DNA of 64,000 bases from an uncultured Chloroflexia bacterium. GTDB taxonomy: Bacteria > Chloroflexota > Limnocylindria > Limnocylindrales > CSP1-4. The notes beneath the pieces were generated by a model. It worked only from the letters and a program-made list of their open reading frames with translations, had not been told where the DNA came from and ran no database searches. Shown here one piece after another: positions 49,507 through 58,577 of the stretch. Where the stretch lies: positions 142,767-206,766 of the forward strand of contig CAVQPX010000004.1 in the NCBI GenBank assembly GCA_963714835.1, given 5' to 3'. Each line of letters starts with the position of its first letter. Within the stretch, counting starts at the first letter, position 1. The position numbers and the translations under genes were made by a program.

Positions 49507-49596
49507 TGCCTGCGCCGGGGCGAACTGCGCCGGGGCGAACTGCGCGAGCCGGCGAGTTTGACACGGCCCGGGCGTGGCGACGACCATGCGTCGGCA

Positions 49597-49899
49597 ATGA
49601 GGACGAACGACGAAGCCGCGACCGACCAGATCGCTCGCTACGAAGCGAACGTCCTGCGGGCGTTCATCCGTGACGGGCGGCTCGTGTCGATCCCTGCGCG
49701 GCACAAGAAGCGGCTCGTCGTCCTGCGCTTCCTTCGCGACGAGTGCTTCACTGATGATCGGCCGTACCCGGAGGCCGAGGTGAACCAGCGGATCGCGATC
49801 TGGCACCGCGACGTCGCGGCGCTGCGTCGGTACATGATCGAAGCGGGTCTGCTGACCCGCGCGGACGGGATCTACCGCCTGCCGGGCCCCGGCGCCTGA
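49597..49899 (+). CDS. DUF2087 domain-containing protein
   Basis: From ATG 49597 in ORF 49558..49899. Sequence: NVLRAFIRDGRLVSIPARHKKRLVVLRFLRDECF...YPEAEVNQRIAIWHRDVAALRRYMIEAGLLTR. Confidence 0.65.
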   Translation: MRTNDEAATDQIARYEANVLRAFIRDGRLVSIPARHKKRLVVLRFLRDECFTDDRPYPEAEVNQRIAIWHRDVAALRRYMIEAGLLTRADGIYRLPGPGA

Positions 49900-49959
49900 A
49901 CGACGACCGCCCCGGCGCCTGAACGACGACGACCGCCCCGGCACCGCGTACGACGACCG
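49887..49959. repeat. 3 direct repeats of 23-26 bp (CCCCGGCRCC..ACGACGACCG)
   Basis: Units at 49887, 49910 and 49936. The first overlaps the DUF2087 stop codon. Confidence 0.7.
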
Positions 49960-50055
49960 CCCGGGGGCCTCAGGCTCCTCCGAGGGCGCCGACCGTGCGG
50001 CGCCCGCGCCGACCCTGCGAGATCGCGCCGCCCGTGCGGCGCCCGCCCCGACCTC

Positions 50056-50655
50056 TCAGTCTGTGCGGTCGCGCCGACCCGCTGCGCCGCCCGGCGTGTA
50101 GTTGCCGCCGACGACCGGTTCGATCAGCCCGTAATCCCCATCGCGCCGCTGGTAGAGGACGGCGACCGCCTCGGTCTCCGCGTTCACGAACACGAAGAAC
50201 GCGTGGCCGAGCTCCTCCATCCGGACGATCGCGTCCTCCTCGAACATCGGCTCGATCGCGAACCGCTTCGTCTTCACGACGCGGCGCTCGCGGTCCGGAT
50301 CCGCGGTCCCGTCCGCGATCCGGCGGAGGATCGTCTTCTCCTCCTCGCCGCGCGCCCGGACCCGCGGCTTGGCCTTGAAGTCGGCGGCCTGGCGCTCGAG
50401 CTTGTCGAGGACCTCGTCGATACCGGCCTGGTGGCTGGCCGCCGTCGCGTGACCGCGGATCGGGCGTCCGTCGATCATCAGGCTGACATCGACGATATGC
50501 GACTCCTGGTTGCTCCGACGCTGCTCGACGGACAGCTCGACGAGGGCATCCGACCGATCGTCGAACATGCGCTCCATCCGCTGGAACTTGCGCTCGACAT
50601 AGCCCCGAACCGAATCCGGGACCTCGAAGTTCTTGCCCTTGACGATCGTCCGCAC
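50056..50655 (-). CDS. hpf: ribosome hibernation-promoting factor (long HPF)
   Basis: GTG 50655 follows AGGAGG. N-terminal domain: VKGKNFEVPDSVRGYVERKF. C-terminal dimerisation domain: KRFAIEPMFEEDAIVRMEELGHAFFVFVN. Confidence 0.9.
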   Translation of the reverse strand: MRTIVKGKNFEVPDSVRGYVERKFQRMERMFDDRSDALVELSVEQRRSNQESHIVDVSLMIDGRPIRGHATAASHQAGIDEVLDKLERQAADFKAKPRVRARGEEEKTILRRIADGTADPDRERRVVKTKRFAIEPMFEEDAIVRMEELGHAFFVFVNAETEAVAVLYQRRDGDYGLIEPVVGGNYTPGGAAGRRDRTD

Positions 50656-50809
50656 CGGTCTACCTCCTGGGTCGTGTCCGCGGCGACGTGAGCGCGCGAC
50701 GGCCGCACGGGGTGGGACGGCGGAACGGCTGCCGCGTGATCCGAGTCTACATCGGGCAGGCGTCTCGCCCGGCCGACGGCCCATTCGCACCGCACGACAC
50801 GCCCCCGAT

Positions 50810-51622
50810 TCAGCGCTCTCGCGCGACCGCAACGGCGCTGACGCCGAGGGCGCCGGCCTCGAGCAGCACGCGAGCACACCCGGCGAGTGTCGCTCCGGTC
50901 GTGACGACGTCGTCGACGAGGACGAACCAGGTGCCGGCGATGCCCGGGACACCAGCGGTACCGGCGAGCTTGGCCGCTCCGACGCTACCGGCGATGCCGG
51001 GGCGCTGGGCGGCTCCGACACTGCCGACACTGCCGACACTTCCGGCGACGCCCGCGACGCCCGCGACGCCGGCGATGCCCGGGTGCAGCGCGAACGCCGC
51101 GTGGACATTCGTCGCCCGCGCGGAGCGGTCGAGATCGAACTGGGCGACCGTCCTCCGCGTGCGGACCACGAGCTCGGCCGTCGGCATCGACAAGTGGCGC
51201 GCGGCGACGCGCGCGAGCAGCGCCGCCTGGTCGTAGCCGCGCTCGCGGACGCGGCTCCGGTCCGCGGGGACGGGAACGAGCACATCGCCCCCTGCGCCGG
51301 CGGCAGCCCAGCGACGCGCGATCGCGGCGCCGAGCGGCTCGGCAAGACGCCGCTCACCGCGGTATTTGAGGTCCTGGACCGCACGTCGGACGATCCCGGA
51401 ATAGGGCGCGCACCACTCCAGCTGGAGGAGCGGCCGCGGGATCGTCGAGGGGAGCCCGATCGGGATGCCCGGCGGCCGCGCCAGCCGCGCGTCCAGGACC
51501 GGCGAGCATGATCGACACAGCGCCGCGCCCTCGTCGCCGCACCCGACGCAGACCGCCGGGAGCACGAGGTCGAGAGCGGCGGAAGCGAGCCGTCGGATCG
51601 CGGAGGGAGCGGTCGAGTGCAC
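50810..51622 (-). CDS. comF: ComF family (phosphoribosyltransferase-like) protein with a ~50-aa repeat insertion
   Basis: An N-terminal CVGCG...CRSC zinc-finger-like motif, YSGIVRRAVQDLKYRG, RGYDQA and the C-terminal VLVDDVVTTGATL. Confidence 0.8.
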   Translation of the reverse strand: MHSTAPSAIRRLASAALDLVLPAVCVGCGDEGAALCRSCSPVLDARLARPPGIPIGLPSTIPRPLLQLEWCAPYSGIVRRAVQDLKYRGERRLAEPLGAAIARRWAAAGAGGDVLVPVPADRSRVRERGYDQAALLARVAARHLSMPTAELVVRTRRTVAQFDLDRSARATNVHAAFALHPGIAGVAGVAGVAGSVGSVGSVGAAQRPGIAGSVGAAKLAGTAGVPGIAGTWFVLVDDVVTTGATLAGCARVLLEAGALGVSAVAVARER

Positions 51623-51689
51623 CGCTCAACGTTGACGCGGGTCGGTTCGCTGCGGCGCTACCGCGCCTTTGTCGCCCCTTCGGCGGGAC

Positions 51690-52136
51690 TTATCCGCCGC
51701 TCGGGACCTGGTCGCCCGCGGAGCCGTCCGTTGCCAGCTCGATCAGGTCACCAACCTGCACGCCGGCAGCGTCGATCGCGCCGACGGGGAGCTCCAGGAC
51801 GCCCTTTGCGCCGCGCACGAGGGGCACGAGGCCGCGCCAGGCGGGCAATGCCCGATGGATCGCGAGGACCGTGCGCACCTCGCCACGAGGCGCTGAAGCA
51901 GCTGCGTCATCGTTCGACGACGGCCCGGCGCCCCGCTCGACGGCGCCGACGAACACCACGTCGATCGGGAAGCGCATGAACATCATGTGGATCCCGTTGC
52001 TGTCGGGCAGCCAGAGCGCATCGCCCGGCGGCAACGACGCCCGGCCCATCAGGCCCATGAACTTCGCCCAGAGGCCGTCGGCGACCTCGACGCGCAGCGC
52101 GATCGTGGTCCCGCGGGTCAGGTCGCGCGCGATCAC
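51690..52136 (-). CDS. DUF192 domain-containing protein
   Basis: KFMGLMGRASLPPGDALWLPDSNGIHMMFMRFPIDVVFV is the family core. Confidence 0.75.
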   Translation of the reverse strand: MIARDLTRGTTIALRVEVADGLWAKFMGLMGRASLPPGDALWLPDSNGIHMMFMRFPIDVVFVGAVERGAGPSSNDDAAASAPRGEVRTVLAIHRALPAWRGLVPLVRGAKGVLELPVGAIDAAGVQVGDLIELATDGSAGDQVPSGG

Positions 52137-52182
52137 GCGATCACTCGCCCGATCACTCGCGAGACTGCCTCGAACCGCGGGA

Positions 52183-53110
52183 TCAGGTCGCCAGGTTCTG
52201 GACGATCAGGATGATCGCCGGGCCGAGGATGATGATGAACAGCGACGGGAAGATGCACCCGACGAGCGGGAAGAGCATCTTGATCGGCGCCTTGGCCGCC
52301 ATCTCCTCGGCGCGCTGCCGACGCTCGATGCGGAGCTGCTCCGACTGGACCTGGAGCACCTTCGAGATCGACACGCCGAGCTGCTCGGCCTGGATGATCG
52401 CCCCGATGAAGTTCGTCAGCGGCACGACGTCGGTCCGCGCGACGATGTCGCGCAGTGCGTCGCGGCGCGCCTTCCCGACGCGGACCTCGGCGAGGGCGCG
52501 GCGGAACTCGTCGGTCAGCGGACCCTTGAGCTTCTCGACGACCTTGCCCGAGCGCGGCATCGAAGCCGAGGCCGGCGCGGACGGAGATCGTGAGCAGGTC
52601 CAGGGCGTCCGGGATCTGGAGGAGGATGGCCTTCTTGCGCTTCTTGATCCGGCCACCCAGCCAGAACTCCGGCGCGGTGTAGCCGAACATCAGCCCCACC
52701 GGGAACAGGGCGATGCCCATGATCAGGTTCTGCCCGAGGATCCCGAAGAGAAGGAAGAACAGGCCGGAGAGGACGATGGCGGCGATCGCCTTGATCCCGA
52801 GCCAGTCGCCCACGCGGATCTCGCCGGGGTTGCCGGCCAGCGCCAGGCGCTTCTCGGTGCGATCGCTGAACGAGGTGCTCGTCACGCGCGCGACGTAGCC
52901 GGAGAGCCGGGCCGCAAGCGGGCGCAGCGTGCGCTCGAGGAACGGCTGCTGGAGCTCGAGCTCCTCGAGGTTCTTCGCCTGCATCGTCCCGAGCTGGGTC
53001 AGGCGCGCCTGGACCGGGTCCACCGGCTTGCTGCCGGCGAGGCCCAGGAAGATGAGGAGGATCGCGAGCGCGGCGGCCCCGGCAACGACGATCGGGAGGA
53101 TCTCTTGCAT
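52183..53110 (-). pseudogene. tadC: Tad pilus inner-membrane platform protein TadC (T2SS F family), frame break near 52548
   Basis: The N-terminal part is in ORF 52133..53110 (...LLQIPDALDLLTISVRAGLGFDAAL). The C-terminal part is in ORF 52183..52656 (KVVEKLKGPLTDEFRRALAEVRVGKARRDAL...). Confidence 0.8.
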
Positions 53111-53114
53111 CGCG

Positions 53115-54129
53115 CTAGACCTCGATGTCCACGATCTTGCGGATCGCCATGAAGCCGAAGAACATCATGATCGCGCCGATGAACAGGATGATCACGCCCG
53201 CGGGCAGCCCGGCGATCCCGGGCGGATTGGCGAACATCGGGTCGAAGAACGTCGGCGCGGCGACGTAGATGAACCCGGCGAGGGCGATCGGCAGGCCGGC
53301 CACGACGTAGCCCGACAGGCGCTGCTGTGCGGTCAGGGTGCGGATCTCGCCCTTGATCCGGACGCGCTCGCGGATCGTGTACGCGATCGAGTCGAGGATC
53401 TCGGCAAGGTTGCCGCCGACCGTGTGCTGGATGGAGATGGCCGTGGCCATCAGCTCGAGGTCGTCCGACCGGACGCGGCGGACCATGTTCTCGAGCGCCT
53501 CTTCGAACGGCAGACCGAGGTTGACCTCGCGGATGACGCGTCCGAACTCGGTCGAGACCGGCGGGCGCGACTCACGCACCACGAGCTCGATCGCCTGGAG
53601 GAAGGACGAGCCGGCGCGCAGCGCGTTGGCGATCAGGGTGATCGTGTCCGGGCAGCATCTTGTTGAACGAGTTGAGCCGTCCGCTCTTGCGCCGGCCGAG
53701 CCAGATCCGCGGCAGCATGAACCCGAAGAGGGCCCCCAGGAGCAGCGCGATCGGCGAGGCGAGGGCGGAGACGAAGAAGCCCAGGACGAAGAACAGCACC
53801 GGGACGCCCACGATGGACGCGCCCCAGATGACCAGGTACTCGCTGACCTTCAGTTTCAGGTCGGCGCGGGCGAGCTCGCGGGCCAGGTTCGCCCCGAAGT
53901 CGCGCTGCTCGACGACCTTGTTGAGGTTCGCGAGGGCGACGCTCTGGGCGATCAGGTCGCTGATCGGTCCCTGTCCGGTGGAAGCCGGCTTGGCGGTCTC
54001 GACCTTGCCGGACGCATAGCGCTCCAGCCGGCTCGAGATCCCGGAGCCGCTCCCGCTCGTCGCGATCCCCGCGGCGATCAGGATGATCGCCAGGGCTGCG
54101 ACGGCTGCGACGGCGATCGTGAGATCCAC
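53115..54129 (-). pseudogene. tadB: Tad pilus inner-membrane platform protein TadB (T2SS F family), frame break near 53648
   Basis: ORF 53572..54129 plus ORF 53115..53582 (TEFGRVIREVNLGLPFEEALENMVRRV...IQHTVGGNLAEILD). Confidence 0.8.
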
Positions 54130-54145
54130 GTTCAGCTCCCCCTGC

Positions 54146-55568
54146 TCAGAAGGTCCCGCCGAAGAGGTTCGGCGGCAGATGGATGCCCATCACCTCGAAC
54201 TTCTCGACGAACTTCGGCCGGATCCCGGTCGGCTTCAGCCGGCCCTGGATCTTGCCTTCCACGACGCCCGTCTGTTCGAAGACGAAGACGTCCTGCATGA
54301 CGATGACATCACCCTCCATGCCCTGGACCTCGGTGATGTTGACGATGCGCCGGGTCCCGTCCTTGAGGCGGGACTGCTGCACGATGAGGTCGACGGCCGC
54401 GGCCACCTGCTCGCGGATGGCCCGCACCGGCAGGTCGACGCCGGCCATGAGGACCATCGTCTCGAGGCGCGACAGCATGTCGCGCGGGCTGTTGGCGTGG
54501 CCCGTGGACATCGAGCCGTCGTGGCCCGTGTTCATGGCCTGGAGCATGTCCAGCGCTTCGCCGGAACGACACTCGCCGACGATGATGCGGTCGGGGCGCA
54601 TGCGCAGCGAGTTGCGCACGAGCTCGCGGATCGGGATCGCGCCCTTGCCCTCGATGTTGGGCGGACGGGACTCGAGGGTCACGACGTGCTCCTGCCGCAG
54701 CTGGAGCTCGGCCGCGTCCTCGATCGTGACGATCCGCTCGTCGGACGGGATGAACGACGACAGCACGTTCAGCGTGGTCGTCTTGCCCGAGCCGGTACCG
54801 CCGGAGACGAACACGTTCAGGCGTGCCTCGACACAGGCCCGGAGGAAGTCGAACATGTCCGGGGTCGCGGTCGCCGAACCGGATGAGGTCGTCGACCGTG
54901 AAGGGCGAGGCCGAGAACTTCCGGATCGTGATGACCGGGCCCACGAGGGACAGCGGCGGGATGATCGCGTTGACGCGCGATCCGTCGGTGAGGCGGGCGT
55001 CGACCATCGGCGACGACTCGTCGACGCGACGACCGATCGGGGCGATGATCCGATCGATGATGCGCATGACGTGGTCGTCGTTCTGGAAGACGACGTTGGT
55101 CAGTTCGAGCTTGCCCGACCGTTCGATGTAGACCTGGCGCGGGCCGTTGACCATGACTTCCGTGATGGACTCGTCGCGCAGGAGCGGCTCCAGCGGACCA
55201 AGGCCGATGATCTCATCGGTGATCTGCTCGAGCATCCGGACGCGCTCGGCCCGGGTGAGGGCGAGGCCCTCCTCGTCGATGACCTTGCCGAAGATCTCTT
55301 CGATCTGGCGCCGGACCTCGACCTGGTTGGACAGGTCGAGCTTCGGGTCCAGGTCCTGGATGACCCGGCTCTGGATCCGGAACTTGACGTCGCGGAACGA
55401 CTCGCGAACGGGCGCGTTGCTCATGAGGCGAGGCGAGGCCGGGGGACCGCCGGCCGGCGCGACAGGGCCGCCGCCCGAACCGCCCGGGGTTTCCGGCGCG
55501 GCCGGCACGTTCGAGCCGCCCGGCTCGGCGCCCGGTCGTGCGCTCTCGATGCGCTTCAGTAGAGACAT
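54146..55568 (-). pseudogene. cpaF: Tad pilus assembly ATPase CpaF/TadA, frame break near 54865
   Basis: ORF 54309..55568 (ITEVMVNGPRQVYIER...[17 protein letters not shown]) plus ORF 54146..54856 (Walker [14 protein letters not shown]; [12 protein letters not shown]). Confidence 0.92.
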
Positions 55569-55612
55569 CGCCTACTCCCCTTCGCCCCGAGGGGCCGCTA
55601 TCGTCATCGTGG

Positions 55613-56884
55613 TCACCGCCACGCGAACAGGGACTTGCGGTTGGCGGCCTTCTGGCCGTCCTCCGTCGTCGGCTGCACCTGGCTGTCGCCGGACACCGCC
55701 GTGGCCAGTCGCAGGATGTCCTGGGACACCTGCGCATCCTTGTTGCTGAGGTAGAACGGGACGCCGCGATTGAGCGCGTACACCACGCTCCGACCGTCAC
55801 TTACGATCGTGTGGTCGATCTTGCGCCCGATCGAATGCTCGACGTCGGCGACCCGGATGCCGAGCGTGGAGTCCGCCCGGTTGAGGACGAGGCGGACCTT
55901 GTCCTTGGCGTAGCCGAGCTGATCGGCGAGTTCGAGGAAGAGGCGCATGTTCTTGATGCTCGTGATCTCCAGGCTCAGGACCGTCAGGATGACGTCGGCG
56001 CTGTCGAGGATCGCGAGGGTGGTGTCGTTGAACGTGGCCGCGCAGTCGACGATCACCAGCTCGTGGGTCGTCCGCAGCGCGTCGATCGCCCGCTTCACGC
56101 CGGCCGGCCCCACCAGCTCTGCCTGCTCAGGAGAGGGCGGGGCGAGGAGGACACGGATGCCGGACGAGTGGTTGATGACGAACGTGTCGACGGACTCGAG
56201 CTCGCCGGCCTCGAGTTCGGGCGCGAGATCGGCGATCGACTTGTTCTTCGGATTCAGGTTGAGCAGGACGCCCACGTCGCCGAACTGGAGCGAGCCGTCC
56301 ATGAGGACGACCTTCCGACCCAGGTCGACGGCCGAGGCGACCGCAGTGTTCACGGCGATGGTGGTCCGTCCCACCCCGCCCTTCGGGCTGAAGACGGCGA
56401 CGACGAGACCCAGCTCAGCCTCCCCGCCCCCGCGCACCGGGGCCTTCGGGCCCCCTGCCGCCACGAGTGGGGCCATCCGGCTGAGCTTGTCGCGCTCCCG
56501 CGCATAGACCTGCCGGATGGAGGAGATGAGCTCGTCGCTGCTGAACGGCTTCACGAGGAACTCGCGGGCGCCGGCGAGCATCGAGCGTCGCAGGTAGTCC
56601 GCCTCGCCCTGGACGGACATCATCACGACGGACGAGCCCGGAGCGCTGGAGGACAGCTGCTCGGTGGCGGCGATGCCGTCCATGTCCGGCATGTTGATGT
56701 CCATGAGGACGACGTCGGGGAGGAGCTTGCCGGCCATCTCGACCGCCTCACTGCCGGAGGCGGCCGCACCCACGACGTCGACGTCGGCCTCGAAGCCGAG
56801 CAGCTTCGTCAGGTGATCCCGGGTCTCCGGGATGTCGTCGACGATGAGGACGCGGATCTGGTCGGTCATGTCGGTGGTGGTCAC
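55613..56884 (-). CDS. cpaE: response-regulator receiver domain fused to CpaE/TadZ-type ParA/MinD ATPase
   Basis: REC: IRVLIVDDIPETRDHL...VVLMDINMPDMDG. ATPase: VFSPKGGVGRTTIAVN. Confidence 0.85.
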   Translation of the reverse strand: MTTTDMTDQIRVLIVDDIPETRDHLTKLLGFEADVDVVGAAASGSEAVEMAGKLLPDVVLMDINMPDMDGIAATEQLSSSAPGSSVVMMSVQGEADYLRRSMLAGAREFLVKPFSSDELISSIRQVYARERDKLSRMAPLVAAGGPKAPVRGGGEAELGLVVAVFSPKGGVGRTTIAVNTAVASAVDLGRKVVLMDGSLQFGDVGVLLNLNPKNKSIADLAPELEAGELESVDTFVINHSSGIRVLLAPPSPEQAELVGPAGVKRAIDALRTTHELVIVDCAATFNDTTLAILDSADVILTVLSLEITSIKNMRLFLELADQLGYAKDKVRLVLNRADSTLGIRVADVEHSIGRKIDHTIVSDGRSVVYALNRGVPFYLSNKDAQVSQDILRLATAVSGDSQVQPTTEDGQKAANRKSLFAWR

Positions 56885-57052
56885 TGTCCTGTTGTCTCTA
56901 CGTGGTGGACGGCGTGATGGATGGTTCGTTCGCGTCCGGCGCGTCCGGCGCGTCCGGCGCGCTCTGCGCGGTGGCGGGCGCGGAACCGGATGGTTCGGGA
57001 CGCCCGCCGAGTGGTGGACCGAGGTCGCGCGGTGCGTCCTCGGTCCATCCGC

Positions 57053-57938
57053 TTACTGCGCTGATTGGGCCGGGAGGAGCGTCTCGAGGATCTGCGGGAT
57101 CAGGACCCCGTGCTCGTCCACGAGCGTCTTGAGGATCACGCCGGTCGTCGCATCGGGGATGCGCGGCAGGAGCTGGTTCGTCTCGGGATCCCGCTCGAAG
57201 TCCTCGAGCGAGCGGAGCACGAGGGAGATCGAGCCGTCCAGCTGGGCGAACTTGATGATCTCCGCCTGTTGCGGCGTGGCCGCGACGATGACGATCTCCT
57301 GCTGCCCCGTGAGGTTCGTGCCGTCGCTGACGACCGGGTTACCCTGGGCGTCCACCGGCGGCGGCGGGAGGAGGGTCCCGAGGACCTGCATCCCCTGGAC
57401 GAGGAGCTTGACGCTCGTGCTGTTGAGACCAGCGACGACGGTGATGCTGTCGTCGCTCGGGTTGACGGTCACGACCGGGAACTTGTCCGCGGAGAAACCA
57501 ACGAGCATGTCCACGATGTCGCCGGCCTGGATGACCGTGCCGACCCCCGACACCTGGTCCACCTGGATCGCGATCGCGCGCAGGCCGGGCGGGACCTTGA
57601 TGTCGATGACGCCGGTGGTCCCGGCGAAGTCGATAGCGGTCAGCGTCTGATTGGCGTTGATGTCGCGTCGGGCGATCTTGCCCTCGACGAGAGCGATCTC
57701 CGCGAACGATGTCGCCGGAGCGGCCGTGATGTCGACTTCCTTGAGGGTCACCATCGCTGGGGTCACCTCGACCCCCAGCGGGATCGCGACCCTGGCGACG
57801 ACGACATTCGTCTTCGTCACCGGCTGCACCGCCTGGGGTCGTCCCACCCCCGCCTTGGGAGATCAGGATGATCCCGATGAAGGCGATTACGGCGAGGAAG
57901 ACCCCGATCAACAGGACCAACCGATTTGAACGCTTCAA
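57053..57938 (-). pseudogene. cpaB: Flp pilus assembly protein CpaB/RcpC, frame break in a G-run near 57850
   Basis: TTG 57938 follows GGAGAAG. The TM anchor KRSNRLVLLIGVFLAVIAFIGIILI is in ORF 57339..57980 and the body is in ORF 57053..57847 (RAIAIQVDQVSGVGTVIQAGDIVD). Confidence 0.8.
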
Positions 57939-58005
57939 GATGCTTCTCCCCGAGTCATGCCATGTGACAAGTGGCACCACTGTAGCACCGCTGAAAGGCC
58001 GCGCG

Positions 58006-58014
58006 ACTATACCA
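58006..58014 (-). promoter_or_regulatory. candidate extended -10 (TGGTATAGT) for cpaB-cpaE-cpaF-tadBC
   Basis: The minus strand reads cccttTGGTATAGTcgc, ~68 nt upstream of the cpaB TTG, in the most AT-rich patch of the window. Confidence 0.35.
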
Positions 58015-58172
58015 AAGGGCTAGTACTAATAGGAGGAAACGGCAGGTTGCCCCGTTCACTGCAAGGTGTTTCGCAAGGTGCGCCGGGCGGGACGTCGGCC
58101 GGTGCCCGGCCGGTGCGCGGCGGGTGCGTCAGCGGTGCCCCGGTGCCGGCACGCGCCTCCCGGAGACGAGAA

Positions 58173-58202
58173 GACCGCCGGGGCCCGAAGGCTCCGGCGG
58201 TC
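58173..58202 (-). terminator. stem-loop after flp copy 2
   Basis: GACCGCCGGrGCC-(TTCG loop)-GGCyCCGGCGGTC, a 13-bp stem with one mismatch, followed on the minus strand by TTCTCGTCTCC. Confidence 0.5.
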
Positions 58203-58227
58203 CTGCTACGTGGTTCTGGCGAAGCGC

Positions 58228-58398
58228 CTAGACGCTGTTGCCGACCGTGCTGAGGATCGAGCTGATCTGCCCACCGAGGAAGATGAGCGCGACGATCGCG
58301 ACGATCGCGATGAGGGCGAGGATCAGCGCGTACTCGGCGAGACCCTGGCCTTCCTCGTCCCGGCGGAAGGATGCGATAAGTGCATGAAGCATCGACAT
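58228..58398 (-). CDS. flp: Flp family type IVb pilin (56 aa; not in ORF track)
   Basis: Translated by hand: MSMLHALIASFRRDEEGQGLAEYALILALIAIVAIVALIFLGGQISSILSTVGNSV. It has the G/xxxxEY prepilin motif, with SD AGGAGG upstream. Confidence 0.85.
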   Translation of the reverse strand: MSMLHALIASFRRDEEGQGLAEYALILALIAIVAIVALIFLGGQISSILSTVGNSV

Positions 58399-58452
58399 GT
58401 TGGGAAGGTACCTCCTTTCCGTTGAAGCTCCCCGCGAACCGGGGGCGGCGCT

Positions 58453-58481
58453 ACCCTACGAAGCATCCGCGCGCCTGTCAA
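58453..58481 (-). promoter_or_regulatory. candidate promoter TTGACA-17 nt-TAGGGT for flp copy 2
   Basis: The minus strand reads ccTTGACAggcgcgcggatgcttcgTAGGGTagc, ~55 nt upstream of the ATG. Confidence 0.5.
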
Positions 58482-58521
58482 GGCCACCGCCCGAGAGGCC
58501 GTTGCGTCCCGGAAACGAAAG

Positions 58522-58551
58522 GACCGCCGGAGCCCGAAGGCTCCGGCGGTC
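58522..58551 (-). terminator. stem-loop after flp copy 1
   Basis: GACCGCCGGAGCC-cgaa-GGCTCCGGCGGTC, a perfect 13-bp stem and a paralogue of the hairpin at 58173. Confidence 0.5.
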
Positions 58552-58577
58552 CTGCTACGTGGTTCGTGCGGAGCGTC

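Noticed and set aside
44651-51084. CRISPR array among the many short repeats.
   Set aside because: All the arrays are head-to-tail tandem repeats of 9-26 bp without unique spacers of CRISPR length. No cas genes are present.
57957-58253. Plus-strand ORF (98 aa) preceded by AGGAGG (58031-58036) in the flp-cpaB spacer.
   Set aside because: The candidate TTG start lies 10 nt from the SD. The product is Arg/Gly/Pro-rich and overlaps the flp copy 2 terminator and 3' end on the opposite strand. The AGGAGG is probably fortuitous within the AT-richer promoter region of cpaB.
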